A stretch of DNA of 64,000 nt from Clostridia bacterium (GCA_017440085.1 JAFSHW010000038.1:8245-72244); one strand, 5' to 3'. Positions 53,273 to 62,345 are shown, numbered from the stretch's first letter. The notes: a model not told the origin generated them from the letters alone. Program-made: numbers and translations.

Positions 53273-56158
53273 TTAGTCTGTGATGTAAGGAAGTCCAAGT
53301 TCTGCACGCTTGTATTCAAGTTCGTCGTTGATTGCGGAGATGTAGTCGAGAATTGTTTCACGAACATCCTTGTTGTCAACAACAACGTCGTTGAATGCGA
53401 AAGTCTGGTAACGTGTTACCTGATAGCTTCCGATATACTGCGGGTAACCAACAGCAACGTCAAGCTGAGCGAGGAGAGCTTCAAGTTCTGTTGCTTTCCA
53501 AGGCATTGCTGACATAGCTTCGATGTTAGCAGTGTTGTAACGAGCTGCAGTACCAAGAATAGATTCGATTTCTTTACCGAATTCAATCTGAGCGTCTGCA
53601 CCTGTCCACCATTTCAAGAATTCCCAAGCAGAATCGGGATCTTTAGCTCCGGACATCATTACGCTTCCTACGTAGTTAGCAATAACAGTGTTGTCGATAG
53701 TTCCATCTTCTTTTTCAACACCGGGAATGGTTGTGAAGGACCAGAGACCTTTAATTTCAGGAGCAAATACGGAAATCTGGTTGTAGAATTCGTAACCCTG
53801 AACACCGATAGGCATTTCGTTAAATCTGAAACGGTTGGCGAAGTTAAAGGAAATAGGAATCTTATAGCTTGTGTACAAGTCTGTATGCTGGATAAAGGTC
53901 TGAATTGAAAGCTCGTCGTCCAAGTTAACCTGAGAACCGCCGTTCTTATAGAGAGTACCGCCGTTCTGGTAAAGGAGAGTCAGGTAATCCGGTGGAGCAA
54001 AGTCCATATACTGCTTCTGGAGAGTAGCAATAATGTCGTAAGCTTCATCCCACGTTTTGGGAAGTTCAAGACCAAGGTCTGTCATAGTATCTTCGCGGTA
54101 GAAGAGAACGCTGTATGTAACAGTTTCGGGAAGGGCATAGTAGTGAGTGCCTTCTTCGCCGCCCCAATCTACGAATACTGATTCAAAAGCGGATTTGTGG
54201 AAGGATTTCTGAACTTCTTTGAAATCGCTGAATGTATCGAGAGGATAGAGAGCATTACGAGCTGCGTAGTTAACGATGTTTTCAACAGTAAGGTTCATTG
54301 CAACGTCAGGGCCAACGCCTGCAAGAACTGAAGGAAGAAGTGATGCTGCCGGAACGAGCTGAAGGTCAACGTCGATTTCATAATCAGGAATAAAGCTTCT
54401 GTCTACGATCTGTCTGAGGATCTGAGCCTGGTCGCGGGCACTTGTCATCCATACTGTAGTCTTCTTATCGTAAGAAACTTCTTTTACAGCAGAGATAGCG
54501 TTAACGTCGGTAAAGAAGGATGAGAAGAACATTGAAACCTGATGGCCCAAGTTAGCAAAGAATCCTTTTTCAGCCTTGGGAGTTGCAAAGTCTGGTTCAG
54601 CCACGAGAATGTAGTCCATTTCAAGGGGCTGTTCTCTTGCTGTGATTACCCAAGAACCCAAAGTACCGATGTTATTTTTAAATGTAGCATAATATGTAGC
54701 TATCTTTTCGGGGTCTTCGTGCATCTTATAAAGATGTTCGATGATTGTGTAAAGCTGAGCTGTCTGAGAACCTGTCTCGCCGAGGAGGTTGAGAAGCTCT
54801 GTATATATTTTGGTAAGGGTGTCAGCCTGTGCTTTAAGGTCCGCAATAACTTCGGGGATTTCGTTTTCAAAATCGTAGTCACGATACTGGTCGGGAGTCT
54901 GACCCATAAGCATTACAAACTTACGGTTGTCTATATTCAACTTTTCAATAACTGCTTCAACAGCATTGATAATATCAGACATATCGCCAAGAACTGCTTT
55001 AACTCTGAGAGTGTTTACACCTGCATTAAAATGGAAGAGTACGGGTTCGTTGTATTCGTCCATAGGTGTAACCATCTGCCAGTCAGAATCATAGTTGAAG
55101 CGAACGTTGGATGCTACTTCGTAGGGAAGTTCGCCGTTAACGGAAAATTCACGGCTGGAGAATGCACCACTGTTTACATTCTGTCTTGCACGGATAATAA
55201 GTTTATAGTAACCGTCTGCAGGAACATCTACTTCGTATTCAACCCACTGACCTGCCGTCTTCCAAGTAGCGGTACCGTTGGTACTGCCGAGGATGTTTAT
55301 TTTTGTAACACCTGCGGAAGCGGGGCTAGTAGCAGCGGAAGCCTTATCGGTACCGCCGAACAATGTGGAGTCTGATTTTGCAGAAGGACGTTCAGCTTCG
55401 ACTTGAGCAATAAGCTGGTCGCCGCCGAAGTTCATACCATCATATTCAGAGTATTCAGAACTACCGGAGAGCCACATTGCGGAAATAGCAAGAGGTTCTC
55501 TTACAGACTGAATTGTGATTGTGTTTTCACCCTTCTTCAAATAGAACTGAAGAGCGCCGGAATAGCTACCGGTTGAATCCTGGAAGAAAGCATCTTCAAT
55601 CCAAACGGGTTCTTCAATCTGAGAAGGTCTGATCTGGTTGCCTGAAGCGTCTTCGGTAAAATAGTTCTCTATATCTGAACGATCGACTACGTTATCAACG
55701 TAACGACGGTCCAAAGAAGCAGCGTTTGCTTCTGTATAGGGAACTTCACCGTTAACGTAAATAGCTCTTTCAATAGCAGCACCTTTACCCTCAATGGGAT
55801 AATAGTCTGCGTAGATTGAATAGAGACCTTCACTGGGAACATTAACTGTGTAAGTTACGGAGCTCGCCTCTGTTGTAATAAGGCAGTTAGCAACGCCGTC
55901 AACGGTACCTGTGGTAACGTCGGCAGTAGCGTCGGTATAACCGTGAATATCGATTTCAACCTTATCTTTAGCTGTAGTAGCTCTGAGGTAAGTTTGTAAA
56001 TATTCACCGTAAGAACCTTCCTTATAAACAGGAACGAAAGCGGTTAACGCGGATTCTTCCGTAATAGATGACATCGCTGAAAAACCTACGGCAAACAACT
56101 GAATAATCATTGCCACCATAAGTATAACAGCCGTACATTTACTCTTGCGAATCTGCAC
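53273..56158 (-). CDS. 961-aa extracellular solute-binding protein with two N-terminal CBM-like beta-sandwich modules and an uncleaved-looking signal anchor
   Basis: GTG start with GGAAGGTG RBS. Paired modules: YTVNVPSEGLYSIYADYYPIEGKGAAIERAIYVNGEVPY and EYEVDVPADGYYKLIIRARQNVNSGAFSSREFSVNGELPY. The C-terminal roughly 450 aa resemble a family-1 SBP. Confidence 0.7.
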   Translation of the reverse strand: MQIRKSKCTAVILMVAMIIQLFAVGFSAMSSITEESALTAFVPVYKEGSYGEYLQTYLRATTAKDKVEIDIHGYTDATADVTTGTVDGVANCLITTEASSVTYTVNVPSEGLYSIYADYYPIEGKGAAIERAIYVNGEVPYTEANAASLDRRYVDNVVDRSDIENYFTEDASGNQIRPSQIEEPVWIEDAFFQDSTGSYSGALQFYLKKGENTITIQSVREPLAISAMWLSGSSEYSEYDGMNFGGDQLIAQVEAERPSAKSDSTLFGGTDKASAATSPASAGVTKINILGSTNGTATWKTAGQWVEYEVDVPADGYYKLIIRARQNVNSGAFSSREFSVNGELPYEVASNVRFNYDSDWQMVTPMDEYNEPVLFHFNAGVNTLRVKAVLGDMSDIINAVEAVIEKLNIDNRKFVMLMGQTPDQYRDYDFENEIPEVIADLKAQADTLTKIYTELLNLLGETGSQTAQLYTIIEHLYKMHEDPEKIATYYATFKNNIGTLGSWVITAREQPLEMDYILVAEPDFATPKAEKGFFANLGHQVSMFFSSFFTDVNAISAVKEVSYDKKTTVWMTSARDQAQILRQIVDRSFIPDYEIDVDLQLVPAASLLPSVLAGVGPDVAMNLTVENIVNYAARNALYPLDTFSDFKEVQKSFHKSAFESVFVDWGGEEGTHYYALPETVTYSVLFYREDTMTDLGLELPKTWDEAYDIIATLQKQYMDFAPPDYLTLLYQNGGTLYKNGGSQVNLDDELSIQTFIQHTDLYTSYKIPISFNFANRFRFNEMPIGVQGYEFYNQISVFAPEIKGLWSFTTIPGVEKEDGTIDNTVIANYVGSVMMSGAKDPDSAWEFLKWWTGADAQIEFGKEIESILGTAARYNTANIEAMSAMPWKATELEALLAQLDVAVGYPQYIGSYQVTRYQTFAFNDVVVDNKDVRETILDYISAINDELEYKRAELGLPYITD

Positions 56159-56257
56159 TTGTGAACACCTTCCTTAAATAAAAAGTCTAAACTGTATTCC
56201 CCTTTTCAGGGGGCAAAAAGAGCGCAACACAAAGGAAAGTTCGGTTGCCTCTTATAT

Positions 56258-56286
56258 ATTATAATACTTTTCCACTCAAATGTCAA
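56258..56286 (-). promoter_or_regulatory. sigma-A type promoter of the ABC locus
   Basis: On the minus strand: TTGACA (56286-56281), 17 nt spacer, TATAAT (56263-56258). Leader of about 100 nt. Confidence 0.55.
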
Positions 56287-56587
56287 GCAGAAGTTCTATT
56301 TTTTCCGAATTTAAAATGTCACACTTTTTGAGTATTTTGGGCAGTTTAACCAAAAAATTATTCACAAACAACATAAAATTCTAAGCTTTTCCACATCAAA
56401 AATGAAGAAGTGTTATGCATACCTTACAAAACCATTTCCATATATGGACTTCGAGACCATTTTTGGCGAGATTTTGGCTATATATAGTATCACTACTATG
56501 TTTTTGACAAAAGAGTGTTGTGCAAATCTACCAAAGTTTCGCGCTTTTTTAATTATGCGCAATTCAAATGGTATTTTTTACACTTTT

Positions 56588-57964
56588 TCAACATTTATCT
56601 CCGTATTTTTCGGTAATAAGCTCTGCCGCAAGGTAAATATTTCCGCATCCGAGAGTGATAAAAAGGTCTCCGGGCTGAGCCATTTCCTTGACTCTTTGTG
56701 CAATATGCTCAAAATCCGGCTGATATTCCCCGTTTGGAAGCAATTCAACCAAATCCTCTGCAAAGACGTTATATTCATCGTTGGTTTCACGTGCGGCGTA
56801 AATGGGAGAAACAATTACGTGGTCAACCTGAGAAAGGACTTGAGCAAATTCATTCATAAGCATTTTCGTTCTGGAGAAGGTATGGGGCTGATGAATCGCA
56901 ATCACTCGCTTGAAGCCCAACTCCCTTGCAGTTTTAAAGGTCACGTCATATGCGTCGGGGTGATGTGCGTAATCATCTGCAATTACGGCACCGTTCACGG
57001 TGCAATGATATTCAAATCTGCGCTTAGTTCCTGCAAAATCGTGAAGTCCTTTGCTTACAGCTTCGGGGGAAACCCCCAATGCTATTGCAGCTGCGGCGGC
57101 AGCCAATGCGTTTTTCACGTTATGAGCGCCGGGAACGGAAAGGGAAACGGTGCAAAATTTTTCACCTTCGTACATAATTGTAAAATTGTACAATCCGTTT
57201 ACCGAAGAAATGTCATAAGCTGTTACCGAACCTTTTACAATTCCAAATGAAACTTTTTTACCCTGGAAATCGTCTATCATTTTGAGAGAGTTTTCACACT
57301 CGGAGTTGTAGACCACAGTGCCACCTTCTTTGGTGTTACGCAAATACTTTTTAAAGGAACCGATAAGATTATCGAGAGTTTTGAAGTATTCCATATGGTC
57401 TTTGGAAATATTCAGAATGACGGAAACGAAAGGTCTGAAGTTAAGGAATGAATCCTTATATTCACAGCTTTCAAAAACGCAGAATTTTTCTTCTTTACCT
57501 ATTATATAGGAAGAATTCAGCTGTTTTACGCTTCCGCCGATGATTGCGCTGTAATCGAAACCGCTTGCGGCAAGGATTGAAGCAATCATACCTGAAGTTG
57601 TTGTTTTGCCGTGTGTGCCTGCGATTCCAACGGGGAAATCATATCCGTCAAGAATCATACCGAGAAGCTCAGCCCTTCTGTGGACGGGAATTCCCGCCTG
57701 CAAAGCGTAAGCAATTTCGGAGTTTGATTCGGAAACAGCATCTGTTCTGATTATAACTTGAGGGTTTTCGTTTTTCACGTTATCCTCAGAATGCCCGATA
57801 TAAACTTTTATGCCAAGGGATTCAAGGTGCGCCGTGGTAGCAGAGCTCTGCATATCAGAGCCGCTTACGGAATAGCCCCTGTTAAAGAGAATTTCGGCAA
57901 GACTGCTCATAGAAGAGCCTCCGATTCCTGCCAGATAAACTTTTTTTACACCGTCAAGAGTCAC
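56588..57964 (-). CDS. murC: UDP-N-acetylmuramate--L-alanine ligase
   Basis: GIGGSSMSSLAE, GTHGKTTTSGM and the Mur ligase C-terminal domain. 458 aa. Confidence 0.9.
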   Translation of the reverse strand: MTLDGVKKVYLAGIGGSSMSSLAEILFNRGYSVSGSDMQSSATTAHLESLGIKVYIGHSEDNVKNENPQVIIRTDAVSESNSEIAYALQAGIPVHRRAELLGMILDGYDFPVGIAGTHGKTTTSGMIASILAASGFDYSAIIGGSVKQLNSSYIIGKEEKFCVFESCEYKDSFLNFRPFVSVILNISKDHMEYFKTLDNLIGSFKKYLRNTKEGGTVVYNSECENSLKMIDDFQGKKVSFGIVKGSVTAYDISSVNGLYNFTIMYEGEKFCTVSLSVPGAHNVKNALAAAAAAIALGVSPEAVSKGLHDFAGTKRRFEYHCTVNGAVIADDYAHHPDAYDVTFKTARELGFKRVIAIHQPHTFSRTKMLMNEFAQVLSQVDHVIVSPIYAARETNDEYNVFAEDLVELLPNGEYQPDFEHIAQRVKEMAQPGDLFITLGCGNIYLAAELITEKYGDKC

Positions 57965-58168
57965 GGTAAAAACTCCTTTTCAATTAAATTCACAGCGAAG
58001 ACAGGTCTTCACCGCATCTTTGGTTTCCGATATTAGTGTATGTTAAACAAGCTCGGAATATTTGACCTTATAATTAACATAATATCCTTATGGAATATTT
58101 ACAGTCTGTCTTGGACCTGGGAAATTTCATTCAACTCAAAATTTTACTTCTATGGAGGAAATCAACAA

Positions 58169-58438
58169 ATGGAAATTACAAACGTCAATGTCAGAAAACT
58201 TTGCAACGAAGTGAGAATGAAAGCAATATGCTCCGTCACTTTCGACGATATGCTGGTAATTCACGATATTAAAGTTATAGAAAGCGATGAAAAAATTTTC
58301 GTTGCTATGCCCAGCAGAAAGAACAAGTTGGGGCAGTATACCGATATAGCCCACCCCATAACTGCGGAATTGAGAACGAAGCTTGAGCAAGAGGTCCTTG
58401 GCGCGTACCGCCAAGCCATTGAAGAAACTGCAGAGTAA
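58169..58438 (+). CDS. spoVG: septation/sporulation regulator SpoVG
   Basis: MEITNVNVRKL...AICSVTFDDMLVIHDIKVIE...FVAMPSRK...DIAHPI. ATG at 58169 is preceded by GGAGGA. The ORF track starts at 58040. Confidence 0.9.
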   Translation: MEITNVNVRKLCNEVRMKAICSVTFDDMLVIHDIKVIESDEKIFVAMPSRKNKLGQYTDIAHPITAELRTKLEQEVLGAYRQAIEETAE

Positions 58439-58480
58439 AACTAAGGGAAGACAGTTGAAAAACTGTCTTCTTTTTATATT

Positions 58481-59074
58481 CTATCTGCCATCAAAAACGT
58501 CGAGTTTTTTTGTAGAAACGTAAAATACCAAAGCAAACGCAACGTTAAGGGGAATTGCAATGAAATATGCGCTGAACGGAAGCTGAACAAATTGGAAAAC
58601 AACGAAAGCCGCCGCAAAAATCAAATAAAGCACAAAAAATACAGTATAAGTTACCGACCAACCTCTGTGGCGAATCTTATCAGCTTCAGACATCATTGCA
58701 AGGCTGAAAAATGCCATAAACACCATAGTTACGGCGTAAATCAGCAAATCAACGTAGTTCAGGCCAAGAGTAAGAAGTCCTGCAAAAAGAGCAAAAACCT
58801 TTGAATCTATCCCATCCACAAAAGCATCGAAAACGATTCTGATTTGAGAAATAAACGTCAGCACGCTCACCACAAGCATTCCCACGGCAATGGACTGAGA
58901 TTCTCTCATCCAACGGCTTTTTTTATCAATTTTTTCATAAGCCAAGCAAAGAATCAAGTAGCCCGCAAAGTCGGGAAGAAGGTCAAGGGTAATCATTGCC
59001 CCCTCGGCAGAGCTGTAATAGCTGAAACCGAAATTAAAAAGAATACAAATAAGACCAAGAAAAACCAGAGCCAT
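58481..59074 (-). CDS. hypothetical polytopic membrane protein
   Basis: 197-aa ORF with about 6 TM helices. No family recognised. Confidence 0.45.
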   Translation of the reverse strand: MALVFLGLICILFNFGFSYYSSAEGAMITLDLLPDFAGYLILCLAYEKIDKKSRWMRESQSIAVGMLVVSVLTFISQIRIVFDAFVDGIDSKVFALFAGLLTLGLNYVDLLIYAVTMVFMAFFSLAMMSEADKIRHRGWSVTYTVFFVLYLIFAAAFVVFQFVQLPFSAYFIAIPLNVAFALVFYVSTKKLDVFDGR

Positions 59075-59104
59075 AATAATTTCCTTTCTTCTGAGTATTT
59101 TAAA

Positions 59105-60085
59105 TTACAAACGGTTAACCTCGTTGAGGATTCGCATACATTTTGCGCCCTCTTCGGGAGAAACCCAAAAGGCTTCGGGGTCGTGGATTTTACTGTAAAA
59201 ATCAGAGATGAGCAGCGTATGGCTGTCGCCCCAATAAGCTTTTTCTCCAGTGGCGACCCTATCGTTTTCAACTGTTTCAACAGAGCCGTCAGCATAATTT
59301 ATTTTAAGTGAATCGCAAAGAGTGAAAACAGCCTTTTCCGTTATGATTTCAAGGAAAATGGGTGAATCCTTCACGTATCCCACCGTGGCGAAGAAAATTC
59401 CTCTTGAGCCATTGGCAAAATCAAGGGCAATTTCAGCCGTGTCTTCAACGTCGTTAATATGCTTAAAGCGATGGTTTACAGCAGTTCCTTCAACTTTCAC
59501 CACATCACCCATAACCCATTGCATAAGGTCCAGAGTATGTATTGATTGATTTATAAGCACGCCGCCGCCCTCAGTTGCCATTTTGCCGCGCCAGCCGCTT
59601 TCCGCGTAGTAAGCATCGTCTCGGCTCCAGGTAACAAAAGCTCTCGCGCCGTAGATTTTGCCGTATTTACCGGAAGAAATTTTCGTCTTCAAAGCCTGCG
59701 AAGTTTTATTATATCTGTTTTGGAAGCAAACGCAAACTTTTGCAGAACTGTTTTTTGCGATTTCACAAAGTTTAAGGGCTTTTTCGTAAGTTTCCGCAGA
59801 AGGCTTTTCCAAAACCACGTTGATATTTCGTTTGAGGCACTCTGCCGCCATTTCAAAATGAAGATAGTGGGGAGTGCAGACGTGAACCACCGTGGGCTTG
59901 ACCTCGTCAAGCATTTTAACGTAATCAAAATATGCTTTACAACCGAATTTTTCAGCGGCAGCAATAGCTTTTTCTTTTTTAATATCACAAACTGCGGCAA
60001 GGACCGTTTTTTCTTTCAGCGCTTCAACCGCTTCAGAATGTCGGGCAAAAATTGCGCCACAACCGATAATACAAGTTTTTTCCAT
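59105..60085 (-). CDS. Gfo/Idh/MocA-family oxidoreductase
   Basis: N-terminal Rossmann fold IIGCGAIF...EKP motif (VVLEKP). ATG at 60085 is preceded by AGGAG. Confidence 0.7.
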   Translation of the reverse strand: MEKTCIIGCGAIFARHSEAVEALKEKTVLAAVCDIKKEKAIAAAEKFGCKAYFDYVKMLDEVKPTVVHVCTPHYLHFEMAAECLKRNINVVLEKPSAETYEKALKLCEIAKNSSAKVCVCFQNRYNKTSQALKTKISSGKYGKIYGARAFVTWSRDDAYYAESGWRGKMATEGGGVLINQSIHTLDLMQWVMGDVVKVEGTAVNHRFKHINDVEDTAEIALDFANGSRGIFFATVGYVKDSPIFLEIITEKAVFTLCDSLKINYADGSVETVENDRVATGEKAYWGDSHTLLISDFYSKIHDPEAFWVSPEEGAKCMRILNEVNRL

Positions 60086-60096
60086 TAAACCAACTC

Positions 60097-61119
60097 CTAA
60101 CACGATTTGGTTATTTTTACGAATCTGAAGCTCTCGTCTAAAAAGGGAACTTCGGATATTTTTATCTTAACGCCGTATTTTTCTTCAAGATGCAGAATAT
60201 TACACCGCTTCTGTCCGTTCATTTTTGAGATGCAGCCTTTTTCCACTTCAAAAATAAGATTTTGTCCAAAATTCCCGTGGGAAAGCTGCTTTTCAGCCTC
60301 TTTCAGATATAAGCGGGAAATAACCATTTCACCAAGCGCAGGGTGGAAGCCTCCGCCCAGAACGGAATCGGACTGAACCAAATCAGAAGAATGAAGCCCT
60401 ATACGGAGTATTTTTATACCCTTTTCAATGAAGATTTCTGCCATTTCAGCGGCACGAAAAACAGCCTCGTCAACGGTTAAAGGCTCATACTCCCCCGCTT
60501 GCATCATATCCGCAAGGCAGGTATCTTTCACAACAACGCAGGGGTAAATTCGCACCGCATCAGGCTCAAGTGCCGCCGCAGATTTGGCAGTAAAGAGAGT
60601 TTTTTCCAAAGAATCGCCTGGCAGTCCAGTCATAAGCTGAAGAACAAGAGAAAAACCGTATTTTTTTATGAGCCGAGAAGCTTTTTCTATGGCTTCCGCC
60701 CTGTGACCACGTTTGGAAAGTTCAAGGACATCGTCGCAAAAGCTCTGTGCTCCCAACTCCACGGCAGTAACGCCGTACTCCCGCAAAATATCCAGAATAT
60801 TTTCGTCGATATAGTCAGGCCTTGTGGAAAGGCGGATTCCCGTGATTTTAGGATTTTCTTCCATTACCCTTTTTGCGGCGCTTAAATATCTGCGCATTTC
60901 ACTTTCGCCGATACCCGTAAAGCTTCCACCGAAAAAGGCTATATCTGCGGAAGTGAATTTTTCGTCAAGCTCCCCTGCCGCCTTGGAAAGAAAGCCGTAA
61001 ACGTCAGCAATAACCTCTGCCGTGCCCGAAATACGCCGCTGGTTGCAAAAAACGCAATCGTTAGGGCAAGCAAGATGGGGCACAAAAACGGGGATATTCG
61101 CGTGAAGAGCCTTCGCCAT
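60097..61119 (-). CDS. radical SAM protein (ELP3/YhcC-like, typically found next to rnc in Clostridia)
   Basis: CPNDCVFC CxxxCxxC cluster motif near the N-terminus. Confidence 0.7.
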   Translation of the reverse strand: MAKALHANIPVFVPHLACPNDCVFCNQRRISGTAEVIADVYGFLSKAAGELDEKFTSADIAFFGGSFTGIGESEMRRYLSAAKRVMEENPKITGIRLSTRPDYIDENILDILREYGVTAVELGAQSFCDDVLELSKRGHRAEAIEKASRLIKKYGFSLVLQLMTGLPGDSLEKTLFTAKSAAALEPDAVRIYPCVVVKDTCLADMMQAGEYEPLTVDEAVFRAAEMAEIFIEKGIKILRIGLHSSDLVQSDSVLGGGFHPALGEMVISRLYLKEAEKQLSHGNFGQNLIFEVEKGCISKMNGQKRCNILHLEEKYGVKIKISEVPFLDESFRFVKITKSC

Positions 61120-61835
61120 TAAAGCTCAACTCCCATAGAGAGAAGTGCTTCCCTTGCGGCGGACTGCTCTGCCGCTTTTTTGGAATGACCGCTTGCTGTA
61201 GCCATTACGTTGGAATTTATTTTCACCGAGCAAAGGAAAATTTTATCGTGAGCAGGGCCTTGCTCGTCTACGATTTCGTAAGCAAGCTTATCCCCTCGAT
61301 TTTTCTGTACTATCTCCTGCAAAAGGGTCTTATAATCTTTGAACCCTGCAGAAGAGGTCTTCATCGCGGCAAAACGCTCTTTGATAAATGGTAAAATGAA
61401 GGCTTTTGCTTTGTTCAAGCCGCCATCAAGGTAAATTGCGCCCAACACAGCTTCAACAGCATCAGCCAATGTGGAGGGGCGGACCCTGCCGTCTTGAGCT
61501 TCGCCTTTGCCAAAAAGCAAAAAGCTGCCAAGGTCAAGCTGTTTTGCAAATTCGTAAAGTGATTCTTCGCAAACCAAAGCAGCTCGAGTTTTCGTCAAAC
61601 TGCCCTCGTCTTCCCTTACGGTCTTGTAAAGCAGCTCGCCCGTAATAAGCGAAAGGACGGAGTCCCCCAAAAATTCCAAACGCTCGTTTGAAACCACAAT
61701 TCCCTTGTGCTCGTTTTGGTAAGAAGAGTGGGTAATGGCGTCGAAAGCCAGCTGTCTGTCGTCAAATCTATAATCAATGCGCTCCTCCAAGAGCGTTATT
61801 TTGCGTTCCGCTTCGTTAAGAACGCTTTCCATCAT
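61119..61835 (-). CDS. rnc: ribonuclease III
   Basis: NERLEFLGDSVL signature plus a C-terminal dsRBD (GPAHDKIF...GHSKKAAEQSAA). Confidence 0.9.
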   Translation of the reverse strand: MMESVLNEAERKITLLEERIDYRFDDRQLAFDAITHSSYQNEHKGIVVSNERLEFLGDSVLSLITGELLYKTVREDEGSLTKTRAALVCEESLYEFAKQLDLGSFLLFGKGEAQDGRVRPSTLADAVEAVLGAIYLDGGLNKAKAFILPFIKERFAAMKTSSAGFKDYKTLLQEIVQKNRGDKLAYEIVDEQGPAHDKIFLCSVKINSNVMATASGHSKKAAEQSAAREALLSMGVEL

Positions 61836-61853
61836 ATCTATTTCAATCCTTTC

Positions 61854-62087
61854 TCAGCAATTTTCCACGTATTTGCAAAGGTCGCCTACTGTGGAGAGTT
61901 TTTTCATTTCCTCTTCATCGGGAAGAATATCAAATTCCTCTTCGAGAATCATAGAGATTTCAACAACGTCAAACTCGTCCGCATTCAAATCCTCGTAAAG
62001 ATCCGTTTCGGGAGTGATGTCGGAAGAGGGTACGTCAAAAATCTCTTCAAGAATTTGAGTTATTTTAAAAAGAATTTCAAGATTCAT
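61854..62087 (-). CDS. acyl-carrier-protein homologue lacking the phosphopantetheine-attachment serine
   Basis: ACP-like 77 aa in the syntenic position upstream of rnc. The motif reads DLNADEFDVVE where ACPs have D-L-G-x-D-S-L-D-x-V-E. The codon is GAG, checked on the DNA. Confidence 0.65.
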   Translation of the reverse strand: MNLEILFKITQILEEIFDVPSSDITPETDLYEDLNADEFDVVEISMILEEEFDILPDEEEMKKLSTVGDLCKYVENC

Positions 62088-62163
62088 ACGTAAACAAACC
62101 TGCCTTTATATTTATAGTTAATTTTTCGTATTTGCGTTGCGAAAAATACTCTCGGTTGTATTC

Positions 62164-62192
62164 AGTATAACACACGCTTCTCCGTTTGTCAA
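62164..62192 (-). promoter_or_regulatory. sigma-A type promoter of the ACP-like/rnc unit
   Basis: On the minus strand: TTGACA (62192-62187), 17 nt spacer, TATACT (62169-62164) with TG extension. Confidence 0.55.
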
Positions 62193-62254
62193 CAGCTTTT
62201 CCTTCCCCCAGCCACCACCTGCATTTGCAGGGCGGTCTCGGCGGTTGGGGGGAG

Positions 62255-62330
62255 TTATTTCGTCAACTCCTGATACATTTTCATAAGTTCCGCCACGCAC
62301 TCGGATTCGGAATTGAGTTTGCGCTAAAAG
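62255..62330 (-). pseudogene. relic 3' end of an MmeI-like DNA methyltransferase gene (last ~22 codons plus stop)
   Basis: The minus-strand translation F*RKLNSESECVAELMKMYQELTK* parallels the live gene end FWGKLNSEAECVSELIKMYQELTK* at 63242-63313. By hand alignment, 52/66 nt are identical. Confidence 0.8.
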
Positions 62331-62345
62331 CAATAACAGAAAAAA

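Noticed and set aside
54542-55375. 277-aa plus-strand ORF
   Set aside because: It is antisense to the giant SBP gene, which has coherent domain structure. It is a shadow ORF.
56402-57250. 282-aa plus-strand ORF
   Set aside because: From 56588 onward it is antisense to murC, which has unmistakable Mur ligase motifs. The 5' part lies in the intergenic region without an RBS.
62118-62333. 71-aa minus-strand ORF
   Set aside because: It reads out of frame through the methyltransferase relic, the relic terminator hairpin and the ACP promoter. The relic interpretation explains the region better.
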